From NCBI GenBank assembly GCA_054600435.1, contig BAAIJX010000026.1, positions 1 through 64,000 of the forward strand: a stretch of 64,000 nt of DNA, read 5' to 3'. The stretch is from Neophaeotheca triangularis. Taxonomy: Eukaryota. Below, piece after piece: positions 1-12,568 of the stretch (positions are counted from its first letter, which is position 1; every line of letters begins with the position of its first letter). A program made the translations under genes and the position numbers. Below the pieces are notes generated by a model, which did not search any database, was not told the origin of the DNA, and saw nothing but the letters and a program-made list of their open reading frames with translations.

Positions 1-540
1 TACGGGTTTTAACCGGCCTACGGCCTGGGGTTTGGTTACCACTTTTTTTATTGGGTTTTTGTGTACAAACGTGGTAAAAAAAAAAAAACCCCCCCCCCCC
101 CCCCCCCCCCCCCCCTTCCTCTGATTCGACCGACTGCACCGACTCGACCGACCGTATACGATTCCACCACCAAAAGTATAAATCCCCTGAAAGCTGGGCT
201 TTTCCTTCGCCACTGCCCCCGAGGGTGGTGGGTTTCTTTTGCTCTTTTCTGTCTTGCTTGCGATGGGTTGATCAACCCCCCGCACCCCCCCCCCGCCCCC
301 GGTTTTCCTACCAGATTCCTTCCTTTACTTGCAGCGTTCCGGTACCGAATGGAACGATTGCGCATGACTTGGGCCTAACGCAGTATAACGCGAAAGTGAA
401 TGTGGAAGAGCGAACGTAAAAGGGTGTTACCCGACAGGGGTTGCTACCAATGGTAGATAAAAAGAGCTCTTCCAAGTCTGCTTTGTCTCCTACATCATCC
501 ACCGCAAACACTACCACTAAAGCGCAAAGCGCCCAATTCG

Positions 541-804
541 CTCGATTTCTACAACCTCCGTAGCCCCAAAGTCTCCCGCATCGCAAGAATCGGTCCTGCT
601 CCCACCCGGCTCCCCTTGGATCTACCTGGCGAGCTACGCAACATTGTCTATGAGCTTGTGCTTCTCTCGCCTGGGCGCTTGCAGCGCGGCAACAAGAGCA
701 TATCGATCGATGCCCCGCTACCGTCGCTTTTCGATAAGAAACCCTCTCCATCTACTATTCGAATGTATTTCACCATAGGCCCTCCAAGGATTACGAGCGG
801 CTGA
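541..804 (+). pseudogene. Fragment with fungal F-box-like motif (LDLPGELRNIVYELVL); no clear start, early stop
   Basis: Matches the common LxLPxELRNxIY motif of expanded ascomycete F-box-like families. The frame is closed by a stop at 454 upstream and at 802-804 downstream. Confidence 0.35.
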
Positions 805-1448
805 GACACTAGCTCAAGACTCATCACGAAGAACATACCCTTCATTGGGCACCACAGCTGCATGTTGCATGGTCTAACAATTGGCAGTGGGAACGTGCGT
901 AACTGTGCAGGGTCGAGCTCTTGGAGGAGCACGTGTTGAGGGACGATTTGAACGGCGTCTTGTGGGAGGTGCTTTTGGTGGCAAAGATAGAGGGGACGCT
1001 GCTACCGTGTCACCAATATCGTAGACCCAATACGGTAGATTATCGGGCGACTTGAGTCCTCGAGGGGGGAAAAGAGGCTGGATTCAGGCAACGACAACAT
1101 GTCATTTCTTGGCGTCTGAGACTGCTTCTTTGATCGTAGAGGTAGCTATTGGTATTACCGCCTGGACTTGCGCTGGCTGCCTGAAGTCGGGGTTCCGTCG
1201 ATCGTACGGTTTGGCATACGTTTTCCGTCTATGGCCTGGGTAGGGAGACGACATTGGTCTTGACCGAATCAGCAGTACTCGATCGTCAAGCTTTGAGAGA
1301 GGCGCGAGGCTGGTTCTCTGAATAGGGACATCTCCATACATTTCTGTACAGGAAAGCAGTGTTTTAACAACCGACAAAGGAGTTTCCAAAGACTAAATAA
1401 AAGTTTGAAGCAAGAGAAGTCAGGGTAGCCAGCTACTCTCTTCGACCC

Positions 1449-2534
1449 CTACCACCGCCTGACAAACTGGTTACACCCGACACAATTTCTTACTCGATCT
1501 AATACCCCAATCCGGGAATGGTTTGCCAGCGACATTTTTGCACCACAATAGCACCGCGGGTCCAGTTCAAGCGGTACCGTAAGATCGATTCTAGTAGCCC
1601 TGCGCCGCTGCTCCGGAGTCCTTACTGGTCGCTTCTTAGCATAGGGATTTTTCTTTTTCGTGTTCTTGACAATCCTCGTGCGTCTTCGGTTGAGATCTTC
1701 AAGACCACCAGGGACCGTCGATCTCTGCGTGTAAGCCATGATGTGGGCACGGCACATGTGATAGTGGCGGGGTTCGCCGAGGATGGCGTTGTTTGGGCCG
1801 GGCGGGCCAAAGGGTGGTAACGGGCCCACCGAGCTTTGTTTGGCGTGTCTGGTTGGAGGATTGGCTGGCCTCCAAGGCTGAGGGCCACAGCCGCATTGCG
1901 CCTCCCCTGGCCGCACGACTGGCTGGTTGACGACGGCCCACAGATAGCAGGTCCTGCAAACGCCTTGGAGAAGACCTTCAAGGCGCCACTCGTAGCGTAT
2001 CGCACGGATGCGCTTGCAGGGTACACATACCAACGTTCCACCGGTCTCAGGAGTAGTATGGAGGCCTGGATCGGGGAAGTTTGGGTCTTCGCGGCAGTCG
2101 CTGATTTCGTTCACTGCACTGAGTGTGCCGGCCCAATTTGGCTGCAGACTAGCGCGGTTTGGCGCAGAGACCGATTGATTCTCGCACATGCCATCCCAGG
2201 GGCCAGCCACCTCCCAGGGGCACTCCTTTCCAAATGGTAAACCAGGGGCCCGTGCGAATTTCATATTGATTCCTGACCAAGGCAACTGCAACGCAGTCGT
2301 GCTCAGGTCCATCTCGAAAGACTCGCATTTGTTTTTGCACATGACAAAGTCCGAAGGTCTCCAGCCGTTGGATTCGTAGTCGTTATTTGGTGCGTACATT
2401 GGGTTTGAGTAGAAGGCGTTGAGGAGGGATTTGGCTTCACGGCTGGTGAGGACTCTGAATAAGCCTGTAATTTGGGCATTCAGGACCATCCGTCCAATAC
2501 CGCCCACTGCATTCGTCAAAGCTGCTACGTTCAT
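1449..2534 (-). CDS. Hypothetical Cys-rich protein (361 aa) with several CxxC/CxC motifs and a basic NLS-like stretch
   Basis: Uninterrupted ATG-initiated ORF containing CVPC, CRTC, CGC, CYC, CVGC and RRRTRIVKNTKKKNPYAKKRP. Confidence 0.6.
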   Translation of the reverse strand: MNVAALTNAVGGIGRMVLNAQITGLFRVLTSREAKSLLNAFYSNPMYAPNNDYESNGWRPSDFVMCKNKCESFEMDLSTTALQLPWSGINMKFARAPGLPFGKECPWEVAGPWDGMCENQSVSAPNRASLQPNWAGTLSAVNEISDCREDPNFPDPGLHTTPETGGTLVCVPCKRIRAIRYEWRLEGLLQGVCRTCYLWAVVNQPVVRPGEAQCGCGPQPWRPANPPTRHAKQSSVGPLPPFGPPGPNNAILGEPRHYHMCRAHIMAYTQRSTVPGGLEDLNRRRTRIVKNTKKKNPYAKKRPVRTPEQRRRATRIDLTVPLELDPRCYCGAKMSLANHSRIGVLDRVRNCVGCNQFVRRW

Positions 2535-4015
2535 GTCGGCTATGAATCCGTGAGGTAAGTCTGGCTTGCGTAGGTTTGCCTATGATTGCACTCAAGTATC
2601 TCTTAAACAGCATAACAGTTTCTGAAAAGCTACAAACTGATTCGAAGGAACAAAGCAAAGCGTAGGTGACGATAGTCTTTGTTTGCAAGATTGTACCTAC
2701 CTGAGGAAAAGAGTTGGAAGTCTTTGTCGTAATGAAGCCCGCAAATGGATGAGATCTAGAACTTGAAAGGTTCACATCAGGCGGCAAAGTACGAGCGCCA
2801 GACAATGATACGCACAGTTCGATGATGTGAGTTCAAGCCGCTCCACCACAAGGCTTTATTCAAGACGACAGAGACAACTTCGGCATTAGACTGTTGGTAC
2901 ACAAGGAGTCACACCTCCCACTGGGGTCTCGAGTGAGAGAGCAGGTATGAACTATGAAGGTCCGTTTATTTTGGCAAGATGGGATGGCAAAGTGCGCCCG
3001 AGGACGCGCCTGCCCCGGCAACTTCCAACTCACAGTTGACGGCCTCTTGCATAACGCAAGAAGACCGGACTGCTCTCCCTTGGAAGGAAGACCTTGTGGG
3101 CTGCCGCGAGTTTGGCCAAGCGGCGCAAGTAGTTGGAATTGCCGATCTTGCTGGGTTTGAGAGTCAAGGGTACGACGGCTCGTGGCAACGAAATGCAGCT
3201 TGCTTTATACTACCGGCAGGATGGAGTTGCCTCTTGGATTAGGGCACCTGAACGTGGTCGTCTGAGTAGCATGGGGATGAGCGGGATGAGGAGTACGTTC
3301 GGCACTTGAACGACTCGGAGCCTTAAGACCGGGAACACATCCTCAGAGTTCTGAATCGTGTCGAAAACTGCCGCAGTCCCTTAGGTGACCGGGTGGTTTC
3401 TTTGTGCACCTAGCCAGCCAGTTGGCATAACCCATAGGGCATCCTATTGACTTCCGTCCCATCATGCTTCCGGCGAGGGTAGATAGGATGACTAAGTCCA
3501 CACGGGAGCTAACATGGGCGATAGATAATTATCACCATCTTAAAGTGTACAAGAATAAACATTGTCGAAGAAAGGAAGAGGTCGAACTTCATCTGTAGTA
3601 GAAGATTTTGCCGGAAGAGGAGCCTTTCGTTAGGGTTAGGGCTAATAAGCGCTAGAGACGGGAGCGGGAACGGGAGCGGGAGCACCTGACTGGGCTTCGC
3701 GACTGCCTACTTCCAAAACTTCCAATTCCCACCGTCGACCTCCACCTCCACTCTCACTACCATAACTACGAACCTTCAACTTTGTTGCCTTACACGGTCC
3801 GCGCATTAGCACGACTTCATCGTGTACGCTCGTTCACCTTGCCAAACCTCCCTTGTTGCTCGACGCCGCCGTCAAGGCCAGTCAGCGACAGCACACTCCC
3901 ACGGCGGCCACCTCAACCTCCCACCGGCTCCGCCAACCTCCGAACATCTTCACCTCACCCACAGCACCAGCGCACACGTACGCGCACGCGCGCAATTTCA
4001 TACCCATCAATCAAC

Positions 4016-5580
4016 ATGGTCAAGCGCAAGAACATGGGCCCGACGCTCGACGAGCTGTTGGAGCGCCCCTTCTGCTATTACTGCGAGCGCGACTTCGATT
4101 CCCTCCGCATCCTCATGGACCACATGAAGGCCAAGCATCTCAAGTGCTCTCGCTGCAACCGCCGCCTTAACACTGCCGGTGGTCTCAGGGTTCACATGGA
4201 TCAAGTTCACAAGGAGAAGCCCGACCTCATTGAGAATGCACTCCAATCCCGCGCCGACCCCACTGTCGAAATTTTCGGCATGGAGGGCATCCCGGAGGAT
4301 GTACTGCAAGAGCACAACCGCCGCATTAGTGAAATGTGGCACAAGCAAGAGCATGACCGTCGCGTCGCTACCGGTAATCCTCCTCCTGGTCAAACGCACG
4401 AAAGCAAGCGCCAGAAGAAGGAGGACCCCGCCGATGTCAAGGCGCGTGCCAAAGCTCTTATCGAGCAGAAGAAGGCGGAGAAAGCGGCCAAGGCAGCGGG
4501 TGGCAACAACGCAGAGGCTACTCCCGCCATCGGTACCCCCGAAGTTCAGATGCCCGACGCTTCACAGGTGAGTTTTGTTCATGCCTTTCACGTGAAAGCC
4601 ATGACAGTTGAATTGATCGAAATCTTGCAAAGGCCGCGCAGGCGCCTCCTCAGTACCCAACGCAAGCCGGTCCATGGGGTTCTTATGGCCCAGCTGGCTT
4701 CCCTCCAAACGCCGGCCATGAGCAATATGGTCAACCCCACTACGCTGGCTCTCCCGCGGGACCAGCGCCCTTCCAGCCGCCAAACCCTTACTCCCCGTAC
4801 TCCCCCGCACCGCCGCATGCTCAGTACCCAGGCCAGGGTGCCCCGAACTATCCCCCACAACACGGCTACGGTCCTCCCCCGGCCTATGGTGGCTACAACC
4901 CATCTCACACGCCCAACTTCGGCACGCCATCTCAGTCACCAGGCCAGGCAGCCTTCGCCAATGGTCGCCCTCATCCTCAACAGCGCGCCCACAATACTAG
5001 TATGTCGCCGCAAAGCGGTCAATCTACATCTCCCCAAACACAAGCACCCCCATCGCAACAGCAAATTAACAACATTCCCCCTCCACCAGGTCTGCCCAGC
5101 AGGCCCGCATTCCCCTCTCCCAATCTCACCAAAGAGGAGATGGCGGCCATGCACTCGGGTGGTACCGGCGCTCCAGGCGCTGTGCAGTCAATCGCTCTCA
5201 ACAGGTATGAGAAGAAAAAAGCCGAGTCTAATCGTCAAATGATTTCCGATTCTGTGGACGAGCTTATTGAATCTGTTACAAGTGGCGCGGCCAACGCGAA
5301 GAAAGCAAATGGCATCGGCCAGGAGCATCAGCAGATCGACACCATCGCCAGCCCCGCTCCTGTTGCTGACGAAGCCTACGCCAACGTCTCTGCTAGCGCT
5401 GTCACCACCGGTACTGAAGCTTTTCAGCCTGGCAACCAAGTCGCCCCGTCCTCGGACGCCGCTAACACCAAGGACGGCAAGAAGAAGAAGGAGAGCAAGA
5501 AGCAGAAGATTTTGGTCAACGAAAGTGAGTCCATTGAGGAGCTACTTGCCGGGCAGGCGCGTTACCAGACCCCGGCCTAG
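4016..5580 (+). CDS. C2H2 zinc-finger protein, BuGZ/ZNF207-like; exons 4016-4567 and 4633-5580
   Basis: RPFCYYCERDF...HMKAKHLKCSRCNRRLNTAGGLRVHMDQVHKE...EIFGMEGIP is the ZNF207-family N-terminus. The GTGAGT...AG intron 4568-4632 joins it in frame to a Pro-rich ORF ending at 5580. Confidence 0.88.
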
Positions 5581-6443
5581 GTGAGTCTCGGACACACAAG
5601 GCAAGTGAGAGTTGTTCTCATCCAATGGCACCATCACACGTTCGCTCCTTGGTGGAGGATGGATGCCGACTCTCAACGAGCCTGGGTCTGCGGGTATACT
5701 TTCAAGAACGTCGGAAGAATGGAGCATGTATTATCACGATTGTGGACAGCGTGGCGTTATGGAGCGGGAAAAGGCGTTTACTACGAACATGGTCGCGAGT
5801 GGGTCCCCATTCATCAGATCAGTGAGAGTGGTCCGGAGCAGAGTATAGCCCAATGGGAGGGAATGCGGTAGTTTATCCTTTTCCAGCAAATGCTACGGTA
5901 TCAAGTAGGTGCCCTTTGGGTCTTTGCTACATCTTCTTTCCCTATCCTGGCTTGCGTTGCTTCGAGCGTGCGAGGCACATGACTTGTCAAATGCAGCATT
6001 TACGTTCGCGAAAGAGCTTCGAGGTTTTGAAGATGAACGTTTGACCGGCAAGCGTAAGTGAAAGCTTTCGACAACAAAGGTTCGTTGCGCTCTTTCCCGC
6101 CCGTAGCAGTGTCTTGTTTTGCTGCGATCATATACTCACCGTCTCATAGCATAGCCATTCTATCCAGTTGGAGCATACTGTACCTGCCAGGTCAGAACGC
6201 AGCGTGCGGAAATTGCCATTCTGGAGGACAGATTTGGCGATGCTACTGCCGATCGGGTCCGTGTGGCCCCAGTGCTCACCATCATAAAGATGCGCATGGC
6301 TCTGCACTATTGATTGTCTCTGTCTGCGGTGGGCTTATTGTGATTGGGTGTCTACGCCGCGTGTCAGAGTATGGTGAGTATAGCCCTTCAACTTCTCAAC
6401 GAGCTGCTGACACAGCGTCCATTGTAGCCAGTCTCGCTCTCAA

Positions 6444-6848
6444 ATGCATTCGCATTGGATCGCGACAAGTCGTCGCAGCATCGAGAGCCTTGTGGTGTCC
6501 GCATGGTTAGCAAACAAAATCGGCATGGGGGGCTTCGCACCATCTCGCTCCATATTCTCCAGAGAACGAACACAAATTGGCTTGTATGAAAAGACTTCAT
6601 TTTCAAGTCTGAAGCATAGAACCCAGCCAGAAAAGACGAAGAGCAGTGGTACGCGTTTCCCCTTCCTTCTACTTCTTCCTAATCCAAAACCATGCTAACA
6701 CTACCGCAGACAAGCCTAACCCCCCTTTCTCCCCCTTGGTAAAGGAATCGACGTAAGTTCAATCCCGGCTACTGACACCAACCTTCGAGGCTACAGAGAA
6801 TCACCCCCGAAGCCTGAATCAAAAAGAAAACCAGCCTTCGGGTACTAG
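6444..6848 (+). CDS. Putative small multi-exon gene; start uncertain
   Basis: Canonical introns 6649-6709 (GTACGC..GCTAAC..CAG) and 6753-6796 (GTAAGT..ACTGAC..CAG) splice into an open frame ending ...PESKRKPAFGY*. A third intron-like segment lies at 6374-6427. Confidence 0.35.
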
Positions 6849-7459
6849 AAATTCTAAGTGGTTTCATTCTCCCTCGAAGGGAGTTTCTTTTTGCTCTTCT
6901 GGCCTTAGGTAGGTAGCTTTTTGCTTTGAGTTTCTCTATTCATCTCGCTCTTGAATGATGCTAAGGCGGTCGTTCTATTATAGCCACTTTGGCATAAAAT
7001 TTGATACTGATATCGTACGAAAACAGCTTAAATCGTAAGTGAGCAAGACACTCAATACAGTCAGTATTCAATCACTTAGTCTGCGCAGTTGGCTCATTAG
7101 TAATTCAGTTCTGTAGACTGAGGCGATTCTTTGTTGCCCAGCCAGCAGAGGCAGTGTTGGACACAAGCAAGCAAGCTGGGACCTGCACGCGCAACTGATG
7201 TGAAACAAGGTCTAGTAAAGTAGGCCACCACCTAGGCTTTCACATTTCTCACCTTTTTCGAGCCAGCTGCATCCGACAATACTTCCGCTTGTCAACCACT
7301 TGCTTTCTTGCACTCTTGCACACTTTCAAGTATAGCAATACAGCACTTTCAGCGGCGCAGCACCCCTTCACAGCAGCGCATCTCCTTTTCACAGCATCTC
7401 ATCGAGCCGTCAAACACACAAGCTCTTCGCTGAATACTTCACCTCCCACCACTGCCGTC

Positions 7460-8200
7460 ATGGATGAAAGGTCGATAGAGGAGATCCTCGCAGCGCGCGC
7501 CGAGCTCAACGAGCTCGAAGCTCACGGCCGCGCAGAGGGCCACACGGCAGAGGAGATCGCCGCAGCGCGCGCAAACTTCGAAGAGATGAACATCCGTAGC
7601 CGCACAGCCGAGGCACGCATGCGCACCGAGCGCACCGAGACCCAGCGCATCCGCGCCGCCTACGCCGAGCACGACGAGCCCCAAACCCCCGCCGAGCTCC
7701 TCAACAACACCATGCGCACCACCCTCTCGCTGCTACAGGGCGCCGCCACCACCGCCCAAAGCCGCCGTCACATTCTCCGCGGACACAACCAGCATCTCTT
7801 GCAGGGCGTCAGGACCTTTACTACTGGCCCTCGCCGCAGCAACCACAGTCGGGCGCTCTTGAGCTCCTTCAGGGACTTGGGCTGCGCGCTCGAGGGGCTC
7901 GTGGACGCTGTCGGCGCCCACCCCGCTCTGAGGCAGGGTGAGCGTCGCCAGGGCACGCGCCGTCGTAGGCGCTGCCCTCTCTCCCCTGCCGACGAGATTC
8001 GCCTGGAGGAAGAGGCCGAGGACCGCGCAGAGGAGATGGAGAGGTTGGGCTTGGTGGTCTTGGGGCAGCTGAGCCCCCAAGGCCGGGAGGACTTGGCGGA
8101 GTTGCTTGCAGGCATGGGGAATGGGATCGAGACTGCGGAGTTGAGGGGGTTGTTGGAGAGGGATGAGGAGGTGTTTATTGTCGGGGGGAGGTTGGGTTAG
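7460..8200 (+). CDS. Hypothetical helical protein (about 246 aa) with a duplicated EEI(L/A)AARA motif
   Basis: GC-rich ORF with coding-like codon usage and an ATG in GTCATGG context. Confidence 0.6.
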   Translation: MDERSIEEILAARAELNELEAHGRAEGHTAEEIAAARANFEEMNIRSRTAEARMRTERTETQRIRAAYAEHDEPQTPAELLNNTMRTTLSLLQGAATTAQSRRHILRGHNQHLLQGVRTFTTGPRRSNHSRALLSSFRDLGCALEGLVDAVGAHPALRQGERRQGTRRRRRCPLSPADEIRLEEEAEDRAEEMERLGLVVLGQLSPQGREDLAELLAGMGNGIETAELRGLLERDEEVFIVGGRLG

Positions 8201-9092
8201 AGGGTGGGGTGGGGTGTCTTCTCGGTGAGTTTCTTGTACTTTAGCTCGCTGCCTTCGTCGGTACGTTAGGCGGCTTATAGGCTTTGGCGTTGGTGTGTGG
8301 ACGTGGTTTGGTGTGGATGGCAGAGAGTAATTTAGCCGCTGGGGGCGTAAGCACTGAGAATCAAGAACATTGAGCGCGTCTATGAGCTTCCCTACTACCT
8401 ATTCAGACACGTGAGAAGGCCATTTCCAGCCATGTACCGTTGCCAAGCCATCACGAAGGGATTGAGAGGCTCTCATTCCGAGCTTCGAAACTTATTCTCG
8501 GCGTAATAAGTGCCCTTCAGACTTGCAGCGATTGTAGCGGTAGAGCCATAGTTGTAGACTCAAGTTCAGGATGGCCAGTACTGAGCATGGTGTTATCTAC
8601 AGGGCATCACGGCCGAGGACATACGATTCACAGAGAAAACTGGCAACACGAGTGGATCTGAGACGTTCTATCAATCATTACGGGTGTGATATCTTGCCAT
8701 GTTAGGCACAAAGGCGCCCCTTCTTGCTCTTCTGGAGCTTCCCAGCCACGTAATTGTCTTCGAGCTTGCTGCCGTCAGGATCATGGAGTTGTAGAGCGGA
8801 TGAGTGCCTCTTGCGCAAGCTCATGTGGGCGTTGAGCGGGCTCTCAAGGGTTGCGGCCGTGAGTGATTCAACGTGGTGGGTAGACAGAGTCAAGTGGGCA
8901 TTCTACAGCTTTTTAAAGGCACACGGGATTCCAATACTCAAAAGGTTTTGGTTCCCATAGGCAAGCTCAGTGTCGGGTCTACTGCAAATACACCTCCTAC
9001 AAACCCAGAGAAACTCTACCCCGTGCTCCCACAATCCGAACGACCCCACCCTACCCCCTTCCTCTGCCAATAGCCTCCCCCTTACCCCCTCA

Positions 9093-9599
9093 CTACCCCT
9101 TCAGGGCAACCGTCCAATACTCTCGCTCCTCGCTGAGAGCAAACCCCAAACCCTCCAAATGCAACCTCCCCTCATAACTCAAAGCCGCCACCTCCCACCC
9201 GAGCCCCTCGAACCTCTCTGCGTCTGACTCTGCGAGTTCCTCTAGGAGCTCCCGCACTCGGGTGTCTCCTATGTAACGGTAGTCGTAGTTGGTGAAATTG
9301 GCGGCGAAAGGATTCTCGGTGAGGAGAGGGAGTATGAGGTCGGGCGCTCCAGGCACGGTTACGGGGCAGAAGGGCCTATCGACGAAGTTGCGTAGGAAGC
9401 CGGATAACGAGACGGCTGGGACCTTGGGAGCAGTGCGACGACGATGATGAAGGGTGGTTGCGCCGGGGCCGGCGCTGAAGAGGTGAGGTTAGCGGATGTC
9501 GAAAAGCGATTTGCGAAGTGGGTATCTGAGGTAAATAGATGTGTACGTGGTGTATCGGACCGGGTAGCGCCCTAGAAACTGCGGCGGGGTGTCGGCCAT
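9093..9599 (-). CDS. Hypothetical protein (about 144 aa); exons 9599-9547 and 9474-9093
   Basis: The GTACAC..GCTAAC..CAG intron joins MADTPPQFLGRYPVRYT in frame to the 9093-9356 ORF. Confidence 0.5.
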
Positions 9600-11498
9600 A
9601 GTCTTAGTGTATTGTGGTGAGCTTGGGCAGTATTTAGATGGTTCGATGATGAGGATGCAGTGGCGATGGACTGGTATGGTTTTGGCATGGTATTATTGCC
9701 GTGGGTGAGGTTAAAAGGCGAAGGGCCTGTGCGCTGGCTTGGCAGCATGGTTCCGGCAAATTTTGTTGTAGATGCTATACAGTTCTCCTGACGTATATAG
9801 CGAGCCGGTACGAAGATCGTGGTTTCAAGGGGTATAGAGCTCCGTGCAGAGGAATTCCAGACACCGCCGGGAGGAGATTTGGTGCATGCTTTATCCTCAC
9901 CCTTTTTTTTTTCTGTTTCTTTCTCGGCGCCTATACGCTGTTCTTACCGGACTGCGACGAGCCAGGCGCAGTGGTTGAGGCAAGTGGCCCACGGTTCCAT
10001 ATAGGCGAGGGCCGAATGATCAAGTCTGCTGTAGCACCGAGAGCATCCAGTCAGGAACTCCGTTAATTGGCAGGGCGCCTGGGGAAGTTTGCAGCGGGAA
10101 AGCTTGCCACAGTGCCTTAGAGCGCCTTCGTATTGTGTTGAAGGACGGTAGGCTCAGGGTAAACCGCTCCAGAGTTCAGGTGTTTGGTCTTGTATGTAAC
10201 GATGGCAAGTAAAGACTATGATGGATGGGTTGCAGGTCGGATGCGGAGCAGGAAAAGAAAGAACTTGCGACTTAGCCCTGCGGTGCTGTATTTGTATCTC
10301 ATACTTTTTCCCCAATTCCACCAGTAGCAACTAGATGCTCTAACCCAATAGAATCTACTTCCAGCTTCTCGGCGAGGTCCAGAAGATGCTTTCCTGGACA
10401 CACTTGTCGCCAACTGCAGCTCAGGACCTCAGCAATGACCAAGGGTCTCCTATGTAATCAAGCAAGAGACCACCCAAAACCTCGCCGGGAACGATTCGAT
10501 GCTTCCGCGGAGCCTGAGCATTGAATTCGTTCCCGGCGATTTTGGTCAGTCAAAACATCCCGGCGAGTTTTGCCAGAAGAGCGCGTAGGTTCGAATGAAA
10601 AATACAAAAAACGTCCGCTCACTAGCGTGGCCTTTGGCGAGCCAATAGAATGAAGGCTTGTGTTTTGTGTACAGCTCTCGCGCCGGAGGATGTCCCGAGC
10701 GAAAGCAGCAAATGGTCGTTGTCCTTGCCAGAAGCGTTTGCCATTTCCAGTGCGATATGACCAGTGTCTGGGGCCACTGATGGGTACTTTGGCGCAATCG
10801 CTTTGACCTCAAAGTCGAGCACTCGCGGTGCCCCTCTTTTGGGAGGGGTTAGAGAGAATCGTGAATTGGCACTGATGTAATCTGGAGAATAGCGCTAGGC
10901 TACAGGCGATTGAGCACCTGTTTCAATCGACACTTTTCACTCTACTCGCGCGCCCCGTTGTTGCATCCAATTTAATATCCCCCCGCTCCCGAGCCTATTC
11001 ATGGGTCTGTTTGCCATAAGTCGCAATTCACAGAACCGTATGCGGGCACATCGAGGACGACATCTCCGCATTTGAGTCAATACCCCTACGAGTCCAGCAA
11101 TGGAAGGCACATTTCACTCATCCTGGACTGTCGGCACCGAGCACTCACACCATGCTGCGTTGCCGGTAGCGACCGCCATCTGAGGAACGGTATTTTGCGC
11201 AGAGCTCTTGGCAGGCTGCGGTCATGGCAGTGGAATGAAACTGGTTCGACTGTTAGTTTGAGCTTTACCGGCTCCTCTGGTTGAGCTGCGTCTTACCTTG
11301 TGGTACAAGTGCTATCTCTGTCGACCGCGGTCGACCCTCTGAAAACCCTGCGTGATACAGCCTCGATGCAAGTGGCTTAGCCAGGGTATAGCACGCCCAG
11401 TGTCCTGTTGACTCTCTTAACCTTGACTACTTCCTTCTTCTGACGCCTTCGCTAACGCCATGTCCATTTCTTCAGAGTCTGCGGTTGATTTTCAGCAC

Positions 11499-12089
11499 TC
11501 AATCCTCCGCAGCATCATCGACGCCCTGCCTCGCGCCCGGGCTCCTGCTCCTCTGCCTTCCACCGCCGCCGCGACGGCTGTCTCTCGCCCTGCCGCCGCT
11601 CGCCTTACCCGAAGGAGGTGCGCGCACGATAGCGTAATCGACGGTGACCTTTTCCTCCAGAAGATCGCCGCCATTGCCCTCCTCCACAGCGCGCGTGGCT
11701 TCTTCTAGAGTGCCGTATTGAACGAGAACGTAGCCCTAGTTGCCGCAATCGTGTTAGCATGTACTTCAGCTAATGCGATTCTGGAGATGTGTCTGGAATC
11801 ATACCTTGGCAAACCCAGTTCTGCGATCGAGAGGCAACTGCACATTCTTGACCTCACCAAACTCAGCGAAGAAATCCGTAATGGCCTCTTCGTCGGCTTC
11901 CTCGTGAATGTTCGTGCCAATGACGACCCAGCCTTCGACGCTGCGGATTGCGACAGCACCGTCAGCGCTGTGAGCTTCTTTGCCGCCATCTTGAGGGTTG
12001 CGCTGTTTGCGAGAGTTTTCGGGGGAGTTGGAGCGCGAGGGGGAACGGTCAATGTCCATCTCGTGGTCGGGGAGATTGGATTCGGCCAT
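11499..12089 (-). CDS. RBM8A: Exon-junction complex RRM protein Y14/RBM8A; exons 12089-11805 and 11735-11499
   Basis: [20 protein letters not shown]...[26 protein letters not shown] plus an RSRSP tail; canonical intron. Confidence 0.93.
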
Positions 12090-12568
12090 GGTGGAAGTTG
12101 CGGGATGTGAGCTAATTGGGGGTGCTCGTCCTATTTCTGTGAATTGAAGGTCGCGGCCGTGAAGTTGGAGCTTGGCAATGTTGCGCTGGCGGATGGCATT
12201 GGCAAGAGGTGAGGTTCAGACAAGGCTGACCGGCAAGTCCCGCTCCACATCCGCCCAGGATCCGCACTCGGGCTAAAAGCGACTAGCGCTGCAGGGACGA
12301 TATCGGTGACGATAACGGACAACCTCGATGTGTTTTACATTGACCTAAAGGGACTAGATTGCATTTTGCCAATGCTATTGGATGTATGCAACTCAGCAAC
12401 GTCTCCTGAAATCGAGTTGAGCTTGGTCCCAAATGCAGAATCGCTTGGAGAATCGGCTGGAGTGTCCAGATCATCGCGCATCTCGAATGCCACACTCAAG
12501 GCAGTCTAGTTGAGCGCAATCGAGGCTCAAATTCATTTGCAGCCGCCCAAGCGGCCAAGAAGTGGGAC

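Noticed and set aside
1..310. A/C homopolymer-rich start and its poly-Pro/poly-Gly ORFs
   Set aside because: Resembles low-quality contig-edge sequence or simple repeats; the ORFs are by-products of the homopolymers.
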